From Orbicella franksi (lineage: Eukaryota): DNA of 64,000 nt. The notes beneath the pieces are model-generated. The model was not told where the DNA came from, searched no databases, and was given only the letters and a program-made list of their open reading frames with translations. Position numbers and translations under genes: made by a program. Within the stretch, counting starts at the first letter, position 1. Every line of letters starts with the position of its first letter. The stretch spans positions 32,426,001 to 32,490,000 of the forward strand of contig OZ116702.1 in assembly GCA_964199315.1 (NCBI GenBank), in the 5' to 3' direction. Below, piece after piece: positions 31,801-43,500 of this stretch.

Positions 31801-34022
31801 GTGTTCCAACTCCATCAGTTTGATTTTCACCAGACTGTATCGCTTTACGCTTCTGATTACAACTCCAACTATGACTCCATTGTAAGTGAAAACCAGCCTT
31901 AAGGGTGTAAGCACAATCTGTACAGAAAGAATCTGGCAAACACCACCCAATATAGTTTTCTAATAGGATTACCCTACATTAAACTACCATTTTGTTGTTA
32001 GTAATGCTCTTGTTTTGTTCTTTCTCTGTGACAGTTAAAGAAGCAAATTCCCCTTGCGAGATTTGGCCAACCATCAGGTAAAGTTTCAGTAGTGGAGTGC
32101 ATATAGCCTGTCGACAGACTCTCTGTTAAATAGCTCACAGAAGGGGCAGTTTACTTGTTAGGAGCATCTAAAGCGACGCAAAAGTGGGGACTGTGGAGCA
32201 TGACACAGAGTGATTGCTCTTTTCATTGCATCCAACTTGTGCACTGTACTCACCACTTGAAAGTAAAAATGACATGACATGTGTTTTCACGTTTTTTCTG
32301 CTTGACACTGCATAAATTTAGAAAACACTTTTTCTGCCTGCATCAACTGTTTGTTGTGAGGAGCCAGCGCGGCTGAGTGGTTAGGGCGCCAGACTTGAAA
32401 TCTGGAGGTCGTGGGTTCAAGTCCTGCTCCTACCACTAAGCTGGAGTTGTTTCTTGGTAGACCCTAGTTCAACTCCTTGGCAGTTGGGATTTTTAACCAT
32501 GTTATGTTCATTTGCATTATTTGTTTCATCATCTGGAATCATTGGCCCCGAAATACACCACTGGATGAGTGGTCTATTAAGATACAGTTTTACTTTTTAG
32601 CTGTTTATTTGTGAGCATTTTTCCATAAAGAAAAATAGGCCATTTAAGTACACTTCATATTACCAGTAATAACAAATTAAACAAGCACACTTTCAATTTA
32701 TATTTTATGTCTGACAAAGATAAAACAAAAATAAGTATGAAGTTGTAATGCTGGGTGCATTTTACTTACCACACTGACAGAGTGTAACAAAACATCTGGA
32801 GTTAAGTGAATACAAGGTAATTACACTCTGTCTTGTGCCAAAAGTTGTCTTTCTTTTCACTGGCTGACAACAACTCTATCATAACTAACATATCTTTCAG
32901 ATATAGCTGACGTGATAACATTCCTTGCTTCTGATAGAAGTAGTTATATCACAGGCATAAGCATTGAGGTCACAGGTATGTTACTGTTAGCAAGTCCCGA
33001 AAAAATGTTGGATAAGTTTGATCAGTTTGACAAGTGGCATTTTATGATTGAATTCTGATATGAACTACTCAGTGACAGTGAGGAAATTCTCTTACTATTT
33101 GAGCTACTCAATAGCAATTTAAGAATTTGTGCAAATAGGCCAATTTTAGTGTGGTATACTCCTAGGCTTAGGAGACTAAACCAAAAGAGGTCACATTGAG
33201 TGTGAGTTCCCTAAGCCTTGGCACCATGTTAGAAAAATATTTAAAGACATCAAGATTCAGGCCTATTGCATTACAATGTCACACGTCTGTGAAATAAGCA
33301 GTTTACTCAGACAGACAAGGACATTTTTACTTTGAAACACTGAAACTGAGATTGGTGACCAGCAACAGCATTTGTTTTGCTGGTGACAGAGTAACATGTC
33401 ATAATTCAGTGTGCTCCTGACTTCTTGTTCTGTTTTGGAATTGTGTAATAACAAAGTTCCCCGGCTGATGTTTTCAAGTGAAAGTTGCTGTGTCATAATC
33501 TTTGAAGTTCCACGCTTCCCTCTCTCAAATTTCTAGCAGTTGACTTGCATACAGTGTATATTGCGTGGCTAAACAGTAAAAACTTGTGTCATGTTGCACA
33601 CAAATTTGATCTTGATCGTAGTGAACTCAGATAAGAACAGAGGGCATTTGTCTCATTAGTTAATTTTCCGCAACTAAAATCACACCACACTCGGAGTCCT
33701 GACCAAACAAATTGAAGTTGGCATATAAGTTGAAGGCTTGCAGGTTGTTGTGTCTCCATTTTCAATATTATAGGGTATATTATTTTATTTATTATATTAC
33801 ATTTTGTTAGTTAATTGAAGGTCCAAATCAGCCTCATTGGCTGCCAATTTTGTAACTTGCAGTACTAAGTAAAACAATGATGCTGATGATGACAATGTTG
33901 ATGATGATGATTTGGCCAGAGCTCAAACAGCAATAAACCAAAGTAATTATTGTACATGTACATTAAGTAAACAACTAAAACATGTTTGTTTTTCTTTGTT
34001 TCTAGGTGGTCTTTTCATGTAG
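28872..34022 (+). CDS. HSD17B8: 17-beta-hydroxysteroid dehydrogenase 8 / (3R)-3-hydroxyacyl-CoA dehydrogenase (SDR family), 255 aa
   Basis: Exons: 28872-28920, 29773-30089, 30507-30602, 31112-31197, 31284-31368, 32035-32077, 32901-32975, 34006-34022. Total 768 nt. Motifs [32 protein letters not shown] and the end EVTGGLFM*, as recalled for vertebrate HSD17B8. Intron 5 needs a GC donor. Confidence 0.92.
29367..29685. mobile_element. MITE in HSD17B8 intron 1, inverted relative of 8124-8449
   Basis: Shares GTCGTACCTTTTAG, TGTTGTTTTAGAATT, GGTACCTCTTAG and TATATGGGAGTCCCCC blocks in reverse orientation. Confidence 0.7.
31451..31898. mobile_element. Harbinger-like MITE in HSD17B8 intron 5
   Basis: TIR GGCTGGCTTTCACT ... 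AGTGAAAACCAGCC, with internal GGAGTT/GGAGTC and GAAGCA repeats. Confidence 0.7.
32360..32580 (+). mobile_element. tRNA-derived SINE in HSD17B8 intron 6
   Basis: tRNA-like head with A box (GGCTGAGTGGTTAG), stem-loop CCAGA-CTTGAAA-TCTGG and B box GGTTCAAGTCC. It continues into a non-tRNA body without a Pol III terminator. Confidence 0.75.
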
Positions 34023-35360
34023 TGACAGTACAGTTTGAGATTCGACTGTTTACAAAACCACCAGGACATGGTAATGGCAGTCTATAGCCTGCATGGAGAA
34101 TTCTTGTGCTTCCCTTGTTCATTGAACGAAACTGCAAATGCCATCTACTCTTGAGTTTACCAACCCTGTGTCTTCAAGGAAGGGAGGTTCATTCAATAAG
34201 CAGCTTTAAGGAGAACACCATTCCTGACCCCCCCTGCCACACCCTGCTAAGCTCTGCTCCTGCTTGTAATGTTCAGTAGCAACTGTAGATAAAGTAGTTT
34301 TTAAAAGCACTAAATAAAAGTTATATTTAAAATGCTGTCACCAGCATTTATTTGCCACTAAGAGAGCTATATCGACAGACTAACTGTGCACACGGTATTT
34401 CACTGACTCGCTGCCAGGGTTTACAGGAATCTTACACCGCAGTGCGTGTGGCACTGCTGCACCTTCCTGTTGCCTGCACTTTTGGACAAGGCAGATCCCT
34501 ACCATTAAACAAAACGTCTGGTTTGATCCCCTTATGCAATTGTTTTGAAAATGTACTTATGGGTTAATATGTGACCGGTCAAAATTTGTTAGGAGCCTTT
34601 GTTTGTTTAAATGCACTACATCGGCTTTCTTAACTGGATAACTGGATTATTAAATGAACTCATTTTGTTCTTTAGTTTTTTGACCCGTTGAGTGATGCCT
34701 TTAACCATTTTGCCTTGGTCTTAACTATTCCCTTTTCCATTCTGACAATGCTGTAGCACAGCAATATCCATTTCAGCTCTTTGTATAGTTTTTCTCTTCC
34801 TTTTCTCTTTTCATTTTTGGATCCATTTCCTTCTCCAAGCCATTGTCAAGCCTATACAATAAAATTTATTCAAGAGAACCTCTCCCCTACTGGCCTTTTG
34901 ATTCAGCTGTTTTTTAGGTCTCATTTTGTATTCATTACAATTCAAAGACTACATCCCAGTTGTTTTAATAAGTCCTTTATTATGGTAAAAGGTGAAACAC
35001 CCTACGAACCTTAAATTTCTTAACTGTTGCCGAGGAGAGAAAAGATAGAGAGGGCATCTTATTTTAGTGCCAGTTTGTGAATAACGCAGAATTATCCGTC
35101 GCACAGTACAAATTAGTGTAGCTAATCGCCATCTGCCTCATCCTCAGGCTAGCCAACTGTATTTCAGTTCCTTCCCCATTGGTGCACATTCCTCTGTACT
35201 ACCCTCTGATACCGATTAGGCTTGGTAGCCAGGCCTCTGTTCAAGTGTCTTTCGGTGCCTCGAGGGAGATCCACAACACAAATGATGAATTCGTAGCCAA
35301 ATTCGAACTATCACACCATGATTTTTGTTCGTCTTTGTACATTGAATAGTAGTCTGAAGT

Positions 35361-38300
35361 ATGGATGAGCCTTGCGGCCCTGAAATAGCTAGCCCTGGGT
35401 TTCAGTTGCAGCTCGAACACAGCACGACTTCCTCGCAGATGAGTCAGAAAAATTCAAGTGAGTGCGGTGTTAAACTCGTGTGCTCAGGGAACTACACGTA
35501 TTTCTTGGTTGTGATCAATTTGAGAGCAGGAAATGCTAGAAGCCTTTGCATTCTTATGTTCGATATTTCCTTTTAGTGGCAACAGCCAGTGAAGCGCGGA
35601 ACGTTGAGGGCGAAATCCATTTTTCGCGGCTTGAAGCTTTGGACCCGCAAAAGCGAGAGTTGTTGGAAGCAAGATTCTCCACTCCACGGGTTTGTGCAGA
35701 ATTCACGTATTAATATGCGACTTCCGATATTGTGTTTACTAGTAATCAATCAAATATGTTGGGCGGTCATTTTTAATTTAGCTAAAATCTCCAGTTTTTA
35801 ACAAATTTATTTGCCGTTTTCAAACTATTAATTAAAGTGTAAAACTCAATTTTGTCTCAACTTAGCAGACCTTGCAGTCATTATATGTAAATTTTATACG
35901 CTTATTTATTAGTTTATATATCGTGGGTGTGAGAGGCAAAGAAGGTCTTGATTACTCATGACCAACGATTGTTAATTTATCTCTTTGTTGATCTTGTCTA
36001 AAAGATCCTTACAGAAAACCATTTTCAAAAAAACTCAATTTTTTCAGGGGATTGTCAGGGGTGTGTTCATTGATCCAGGTCAGGATCAGTGATTCAAGAT
36101 CACTTGGATCATGGTGCATCAAAAGGAGCCAATTGAACCCTCGACCACCCTCAGAGTGGAGTCATCGACCCTTTTGATGCACCATGATCCAAGTGATCTT
36201 GGATCACTCATCCTGATCCAGGTCATCCCTGTTAAGGAATGTACACAAAAAGAACAAAGAATCTCATTTAGAAAAAAGCTTTGATAAGAATCTGTATTCA
36301 AAGTAACAAATTGACATCAGTTTTTCATGCATATCTGTCCTGTCATTGATCATGAATTTTGTCATAATAATGTCAAAGTAGCTGTGGATCCACGAGGCGA
36401 TAGCCAAGTAGATCTGCAGACTACTTTGTCAATAACAGGACAGAGGCATGAAAAATGGACACCAATTTGTTTTTTACAATAACAAACTATTTGAGTGTCT
36501 GCTCTTGCTCGTTGCTACATCGCATAAATTATAAATTCATGTGTCTGTTCGCTTATTGACAATGAAAATTAGCCAATGAACACGCAAGAATTGTTGCAGT
36601 TATCGTAAAATCATATGGTGCACCTCTTCTGCAAACCATATATAGGGACTATTACAGTCAATAACACTCAAGGCTGCTGTAGATTTTATTATTTATCTAT
36701 ACTGTATTCTTGTTGTTGGTACGGTTTAGTTTAATTCCTTGCATGAAAGATTACCATTCTTTATTTTTGATATTTTCTTTTAGAGTATCAATCAAGATTC
36801 TCAACAGAGCAATGCCAGTATCTCCTCTGTGGGAAGTGATAAAGAATTTGAGGTATCAATTGAAAGTATTCAAAGCATTTCAAATTTCACTTTCATAACA
36901 CACTAACTTGCCTAAAACTCTGGACAAACAGTAGAGAATTTTGTACAACACTTCTCACTCATGTGTCCACTCCTGAAATTGTTGGATACAGTTCTGCAGA
37001 TGTAGAAAGAGATTCTTCTGCATGCGAACCAATTTCAGTTATGGAGAACTCACTCAATACCCAATCCTCTTCATGCCCTTGGGCTTGTACAGTCACTACC
37101 AGAGACCACTGCTGCCTGCCTTTCACTTTCCTCATTAGCTCTTCCAGGTCAGCTCACTCTGTCTGCCCTCATCTCTTTGTCTGCCGTTCATCGCCAGGTG
37201 GGATGGAGAACAGAAGGACAAAATTAATTTTGTCCACCAATGGGGCCAGCACATGTAGCTACCAACTTCGTATGAAGAGGCCATCTGTCACTTACATGTT
37301 AGCCCAGATTGATATGAATGTCATTGGTTTGTACTGGATTTGAACCATTCCCTCACATCTCCTCCTGCTTATCAGACTGGCACTCTCCTTGCTGAGGTAA
37401 CAAACTAGTTTTTTTTTCTTTTTTGTTTTGTTTCACAGAGCACTACACCTGGCCAGAGAACAGAGAAGCATTCTGGAAGGAAACGAAAAGCAGCTGTGGA
37501 TGGAGACTCTCCTGGTAAAGAACTTTACATCCTTTAACCACAAAAAAGAAGATGGCGACAAAATTCTGAAATCGATTAATAAAAATGATAATTAGACACC
37601 ACAGAAAAGTAGCAAATGTAGTTACATGTCAGTGATAGCTTCCATTGAAATGGTCACCTGTTAAGAGTTTGAAATGTGGAGTTGCTTTTCTTTTGAAGGT
37701 ATTCTCAGTAAAAGTGGACGCTCAGAAGCAAGCAATAAAATCACTGAGTATTTCAAGGTATTTTGTATTGTATGTTTTTGTTCTATAAGAATATGACATG
37801 TTTCTTTTGTGGCAAGGATGACGTAGTGGTAATAGAGCGCTGACCTCCCACTGATATGGCCCACTAGCATGTTAATCCTGGATCTAGGGTCACAGGGCAA
37901 GTGGTTGAATTTGTTGTTGATTCTCACTTTGCCCTGAGGGTTTCTCTCTGAGAACTTCTCTTATTAAATTTCTTTCTCCACGAAAACCAATATTCCAAAT
38001 ACCAGTTTGACCCAGAAACAGTGTCAGGACGAAGATGCGGAATGTGCCACTGCCAAATTCCAATCTATTTATCTATATTTTTTTATTTATTTACTTTGAC
38101 ATAATTAATTTATTTTATCTAATAAGTCTATAGATACATAAGCTAATATTTTTGTCGCTTATCACAGAATGAAAGTTCCCCTGCACGTCGAAGTCCACAG
38201 AATCTCTTACCATCATTTACATCTCAGGTACATGTATTTTTTAATTTTATTTCTCTTCACACTGTTTGGAATACTGTAATGTAGTGCTTACGTAAGCTTA

Positions 38301-40552
38301 ATTAATTAATTAATTAATTGCCAGATTGCTTGCCTTCACCTTTGCCCATCATACCAGTTAGCAGGGAAAGTTGACTAACCCACCCACAGAAAAATCTAAT
38401 TGGCAGTCCTTGACAAGTGGAGAGGATGTTTTTCTAGCCACTTTAATGCTGTTTTTCACAATGCAATGTAGCTCAGAGCAAGAGCTTTTGTTTTGCTGAC
38501 TTTCTCCAAGAGAGGGCAACCATTGTGCATCCTAGGACTCTTCTAATTAACACCAGTAACTTAAATCGTAAACTGTGATTGCTTGTTAAGTGTAGCTCAG
38601 TTCTGGTTATTAAGTGAAATTCGGAACTCTTCTACTTTCAGTTCCAAGCAGATAGTAGCTCTACATTGCCCTGTCCATTAAAAATCAAAGCTTGTCCACC
38701 TGAATCTGAGTCAGACGGATCTGATGGGATTGATTCTGCTGGAATATTTGTTCACGAATCAACACAGGTTTGTTTCCCAGGCTGCACAATTCATTTTCAA
38801 GATTCTCAAATAGATGTACATTAATTAATGATAACATGTATCAGGGGAAACCTATCTCTTGTACCACATGATTGCTTATGGCCTTCTGATTTCATGACGA
38901 GAAGGTATGTCCCAGGTGTGTAGTGGATTGAAAACGGACACTACTGCACTAAAGTCAAACCTTTCAATGTGTTTTGTTTTTTATGACAAATAATTAATTC
39001 AATTTGTCTTCTGTCTTATTTTTTACAGACAATCCTGACAACTGACAGCCTAAGGGTATAAACTCTACTAGAATTGAATATTTCTCTTGATCAACTGTAA
39101 TGAGATTCAGAACCAATAAAATTTGCATGTAAACTAAACCTAAATATTAATTTCTTAAATTATTGTGAACAGGAAATGGAGACATTCTTTTCATCAGGAG
39201 TGGCTTCTTCCCAAGAAAAGGAAAGCAAGATTGAAGATCTTGAAAGGGTAATATGAATCATAGTCTATCAATACAAACAATAAATGAATTAATTAAGCGA
39301 CGTTACAAGATTAAATAATGTAGATAGAAAAAAAAAGCCCCTAGTATGCAAATGAAGACGATCTATAAACAAGGGGACAGTAAAAGAGATATTTAATAGC
39401 CAGATATTTCAAATAAAATTCATCTTAAGGTTTTGGCATTGTTTTGCAATTTTAGTCCTTAAAAAACACATGATTGTACATACAGTACACAATTATGTCA
39501 GTTTGACCCTTTTACCATCAATATTACCAGTAATTTTAGTTAGCAATCAACATTTTTTCCATTTTTCATGTAATACTAGTACAACAATAGATGTACATAC
39601 AATATACATGTACATGTGTATAGATTTGACACTTATTAGCAAACACATTTATTTATCAATTCCTTGGTAATTTAAGCTACTAAATATTACCTGTGTTGGT
39701 TTTTTCTGTTTTTAAAATTTCCTAAAGCTTGTTGAGGACTACAAAAACCAGCTTGATATTCAACAGGTACTCAGTTTTAAATGACGTTGTTGTTCCAGAA
39801 AATATTCATACCCCTCCCATAGAGGGATTTTTGGTTTGAAACCCCTCCCCCCCCCCCTCACGTACAGCAACATCCCCCCTTTTTCTTTCAAAAAGTTCTT
39901 GGCTCTTGAGATCTCCCTTTCCCCTAGAATTTCCAAAACTGACCCTCCTCGCATTGGGGGTATGGATATTTTCTGGAGCCACACAATGTTTGAACCTAGC
40001 AAGATTTTATTATGACAAATGAGATCCTTTAAACTGTACACTCAGTTCATCTGGCATGCAAAGAAGAGAAGAAGAGAGATATGTTAGATGATTATATGTA
40101 AACCCAAAACCCTAATTAAGGAGTTGCTTATCCCTCTTGTGTGTTCTACTATCTGATTGGTTGCAGAATAATAACCTGTCAAAATTAAATCAATGTGTCG
40201 ACCCCCACATGTACTGTGGATGATCAGTTCTTGAACCCAAAATTAAAATCGCTTGTATTTTCTAACCCTGTAGAAAGCTGCTGCTAAGGCAAAAGAAAGT
40301 CTGGAGAAGTGTTTAGCTATCAACAAGAAACTGCTTATTACTGCTGTAAGTACCTGTGTAAGTCTGGACAAAAAATCCTGGCCAATGAGCTAAACGTAGA
40401 CCTCTTGATATGGAGTACAACATGCTTATAGCATTTAAACCTAACCATTAACCAACCATGAGGCTAGTGTACTTCCTGGAGGATAACTTAAATTTGTGAT
40501 CAAGAGAGAGACAGGGTTACTGCTGTTACAGCCATAACAGACAAACAGACAG

Positions 40553-40583
<31 letters not shown>

Positions 40584-43500
40584 AACACCAATGTGAAGTT
40601 AATGGTTTAAACATAGGAGTATTTAGCTCTTTGTCTTGCGTGATCATGTGGGTGAGGGTAGTTCTAAAAAGGACTGTTCTTGGTGACCAACATTTCAACA
40701 ACCTGAATGGAATTCTTGTCTGTTATGTGAAACATCAGTAACCCTAATTAGGACAATCATACATAAATGGACTAAAAAAAAGTTACCTGCATCAACTTAT
40801 TCTGATTTCTTTAAAGAATTATATACCCATGGCAATTTTTTTTTTTTAAACAGTCCACCCTCGAAAAGAAAGCCGGCAGAGAAACTTGCATGAAGAACAG
40901 ATTACGACTGGGTCAGTTTGTCCCTGTCAGGTAAATGTTACTGTTGATTTCTGACAGACCAGATTTACATTGAAGTGGATTTCATCTCTCTGTAATTTGC
41001 AAAGTTGGCAAGTGTCCCAAAAATGTAGGATGTACAGAAATTTTATGTTGTTTGATTATGACACTGTTGTTATTCCGGACGTACTATACTCTTCTGTACC
41101 CTTCTGTACCCAGGGTTCGTACAGGTCCTGGAAAACCTGGAAAGTCCTGGAATTTTACTGTGCATTTTCCAGGACTGGAAAGTCCTGGAAAAGGGCTACT
41201 GGTCCTGGAAAGTGTTGGAAATCTGTTAAACTCAAGTAAAAAAATATGAAATGTATGGCACACAGCAAGGAGAATTAAAATTGAGATCTTGGGAGTGAAA
41301 GGGTTAATGTAAATTTTAGAGTCCTGGAAAAATCAATCTGAGTCCTGGGAAAGTCCTGGAAAAGTCCTGGAAATTTGTTTCTGAAAAAGGGTACAAACCC
41401 TGTGTACCCCTCTGTACAGGTTTTCAGTTTAATAGTGTCCAGGCACCCTGTGGATGCCCACTTCTTGTCAAGAAAATTTATATGAATAGTAATTGCTGGA
41501 TTTAAAGTATTGTTACTTGTTGGCAAATTTGGACCAACCACTTTGCATTCAAAACTGGTGGAGAAATACACAGGTATGGCTAAATTTTGCCCCAGAGCTC
41601 TTCAAGAGGGTGGTATCTTAGGCTCCATAGAAAATTTTTGATGTCCACTTATCATCAGTGATGCACATTTTGTGAAGACTGAGAAGTTTCAGATAGATTT
41701 CAAGTATGACTGTTGGTCTGCTGACAAAGCAAATGTTTTTAATTCTAAATGTTCCTTTTTAAAAATTTCTTTACATAGACAAGGAGTGTCATTTGTAGAG
41801 ACATGGGTAGATGGACATGCCTTCAAAGAGCTGGCAGGGTAATTCTCTGATTTAATTGATGGTTTATTTTATTACATACTAAATACACATGTACGTAGCT
41901 CTGTGCATGGATTGCTGACCTTCAGTACACATATGTTGCCTTAGAGATAAAATTATTTCCTGATGTCAGTCACTCACTAGCACCCCTTAATTATCTTTTA
42001 CTGATTGCTGGCAGGAAAATAGCTGACGTAACAACAGCAATCTTATTTTCAGGCAACAAGAAAGAATAAATCAGCAAAGGGAGGAATTAGAAAAACAGAA
42101 GAAAGCCTTGGCAAAGAAAAAGCCGCCTTCTAATACCACAAGTCAGTTTTAGATTGTCGATTTTGTAGATACTTATATCCAACTTCTTTTTATTGAATGT
42201 GCAGTTCCAGAAAATATCCATATTCCCCCCACAGAAGGGATTGGAATTTCCTGGGGGGTGGGGGGTTCTGGAAGACCAAAAAAATTTTATGAAATGTATG
42301 AAGCTTAACTGGAATTTCCAGAGGGGTGGGGAGGTGCTAGAAAAAATCCCTTCCGTGGGGGAGGTATGGATATTTTCTGGAACTAAACAATGCTGGATAT
42401 TGTTGTTTTGTATTTTTAATTAAAATTTTAATTCTTTAGTCGCTGTTTTTGTCAAAATTAACACTGCTTTTCATTTCCAGATGTGAAAGAAAAAAGACTT
42501 TCAAAGACGTCCAGTTCAGATAGTGATCAGTTTGCAAGGCCAACATCACCAGTGTAAGTAGATGAATGGTGTACAGTGTACCTAAAACATCTCAGTGCAC
42601 AAAGAAAGTCCTGTCCGATAGCCCAGGGTTAGAGGATTATCCATCCTGGCTAATGAATTCTGGCTGTCACACTGTAGTGGATTCTGGCCATCAAACCGAT
42701 GACAAGACACTTCACTTGTACAATGGACAAGTGAAGTTTTGTGGGAAAATGTTTGAGGAAATTCAGATTACAGATGAAGTAATGTCAGAGAAAAACTTTT
42801 TTGAGGGCTAGTGAGAATGATTTTCAGACTAGTACACTATAGTTGCAAATCATGTTATCTAACCTTAATACCGGAAGTATTTTCTCTCAGCGTCTAATTA
42901 CTATTGTTGATCCGATTTTGTTCTTGTTGATAGGCTTTCACCAATGGAGTACCATGAGAGAGAGGAAATTTTAAAACTCAGAGCTATGGCACTTAAAAAG
43001 GTAATTAAATTCTATGTGTAGTGACAAGACTGCTACAATAAAATATGAATAACCTACTGAAAGAACCATCTTAAATCACCACTCTGCAGTAAAGGCTTAG
43101 CTGGACTGACATTTAAACACCAATTTCAGTGTATGGTAACAGGGCTTGAAAAAAGTGCCGTCTTGTGGTCCGGGACAAGGAGATTCTCCTTCTGAGCAGG
43201 TACCTTTTCCCTCTCACTTACACAATGGGAAACTGGGATCTTGCAAGTCATCTGCTAACTAAATCATTAAAAGAACAAACTAAGACTTGCCCAGGGCAAG
43301 TAATATTTGAGAGATGCTTGTCCTAAGGGCAAGCTAGAATTCAAGTTTTTTGGGGGGCCCTGTGATACCTATCTGTAAATAGATTAAATTACGGAAAACC
43401 AGCATGGCTTGAATTGCTTGTGAAGGTAGCTTTACTTTGCTAGTTGTTTTTCATGAGCCCAGACACCATGCTAGATAAATTGCACTTGTTAATCAACTGA

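Noticed and set aside
37376-37396. Candidate 21-nt microexon TGTLLAE in TLK
   Set aside because: It would leave a 42-nt intron before exon 4, probably too short to splice.
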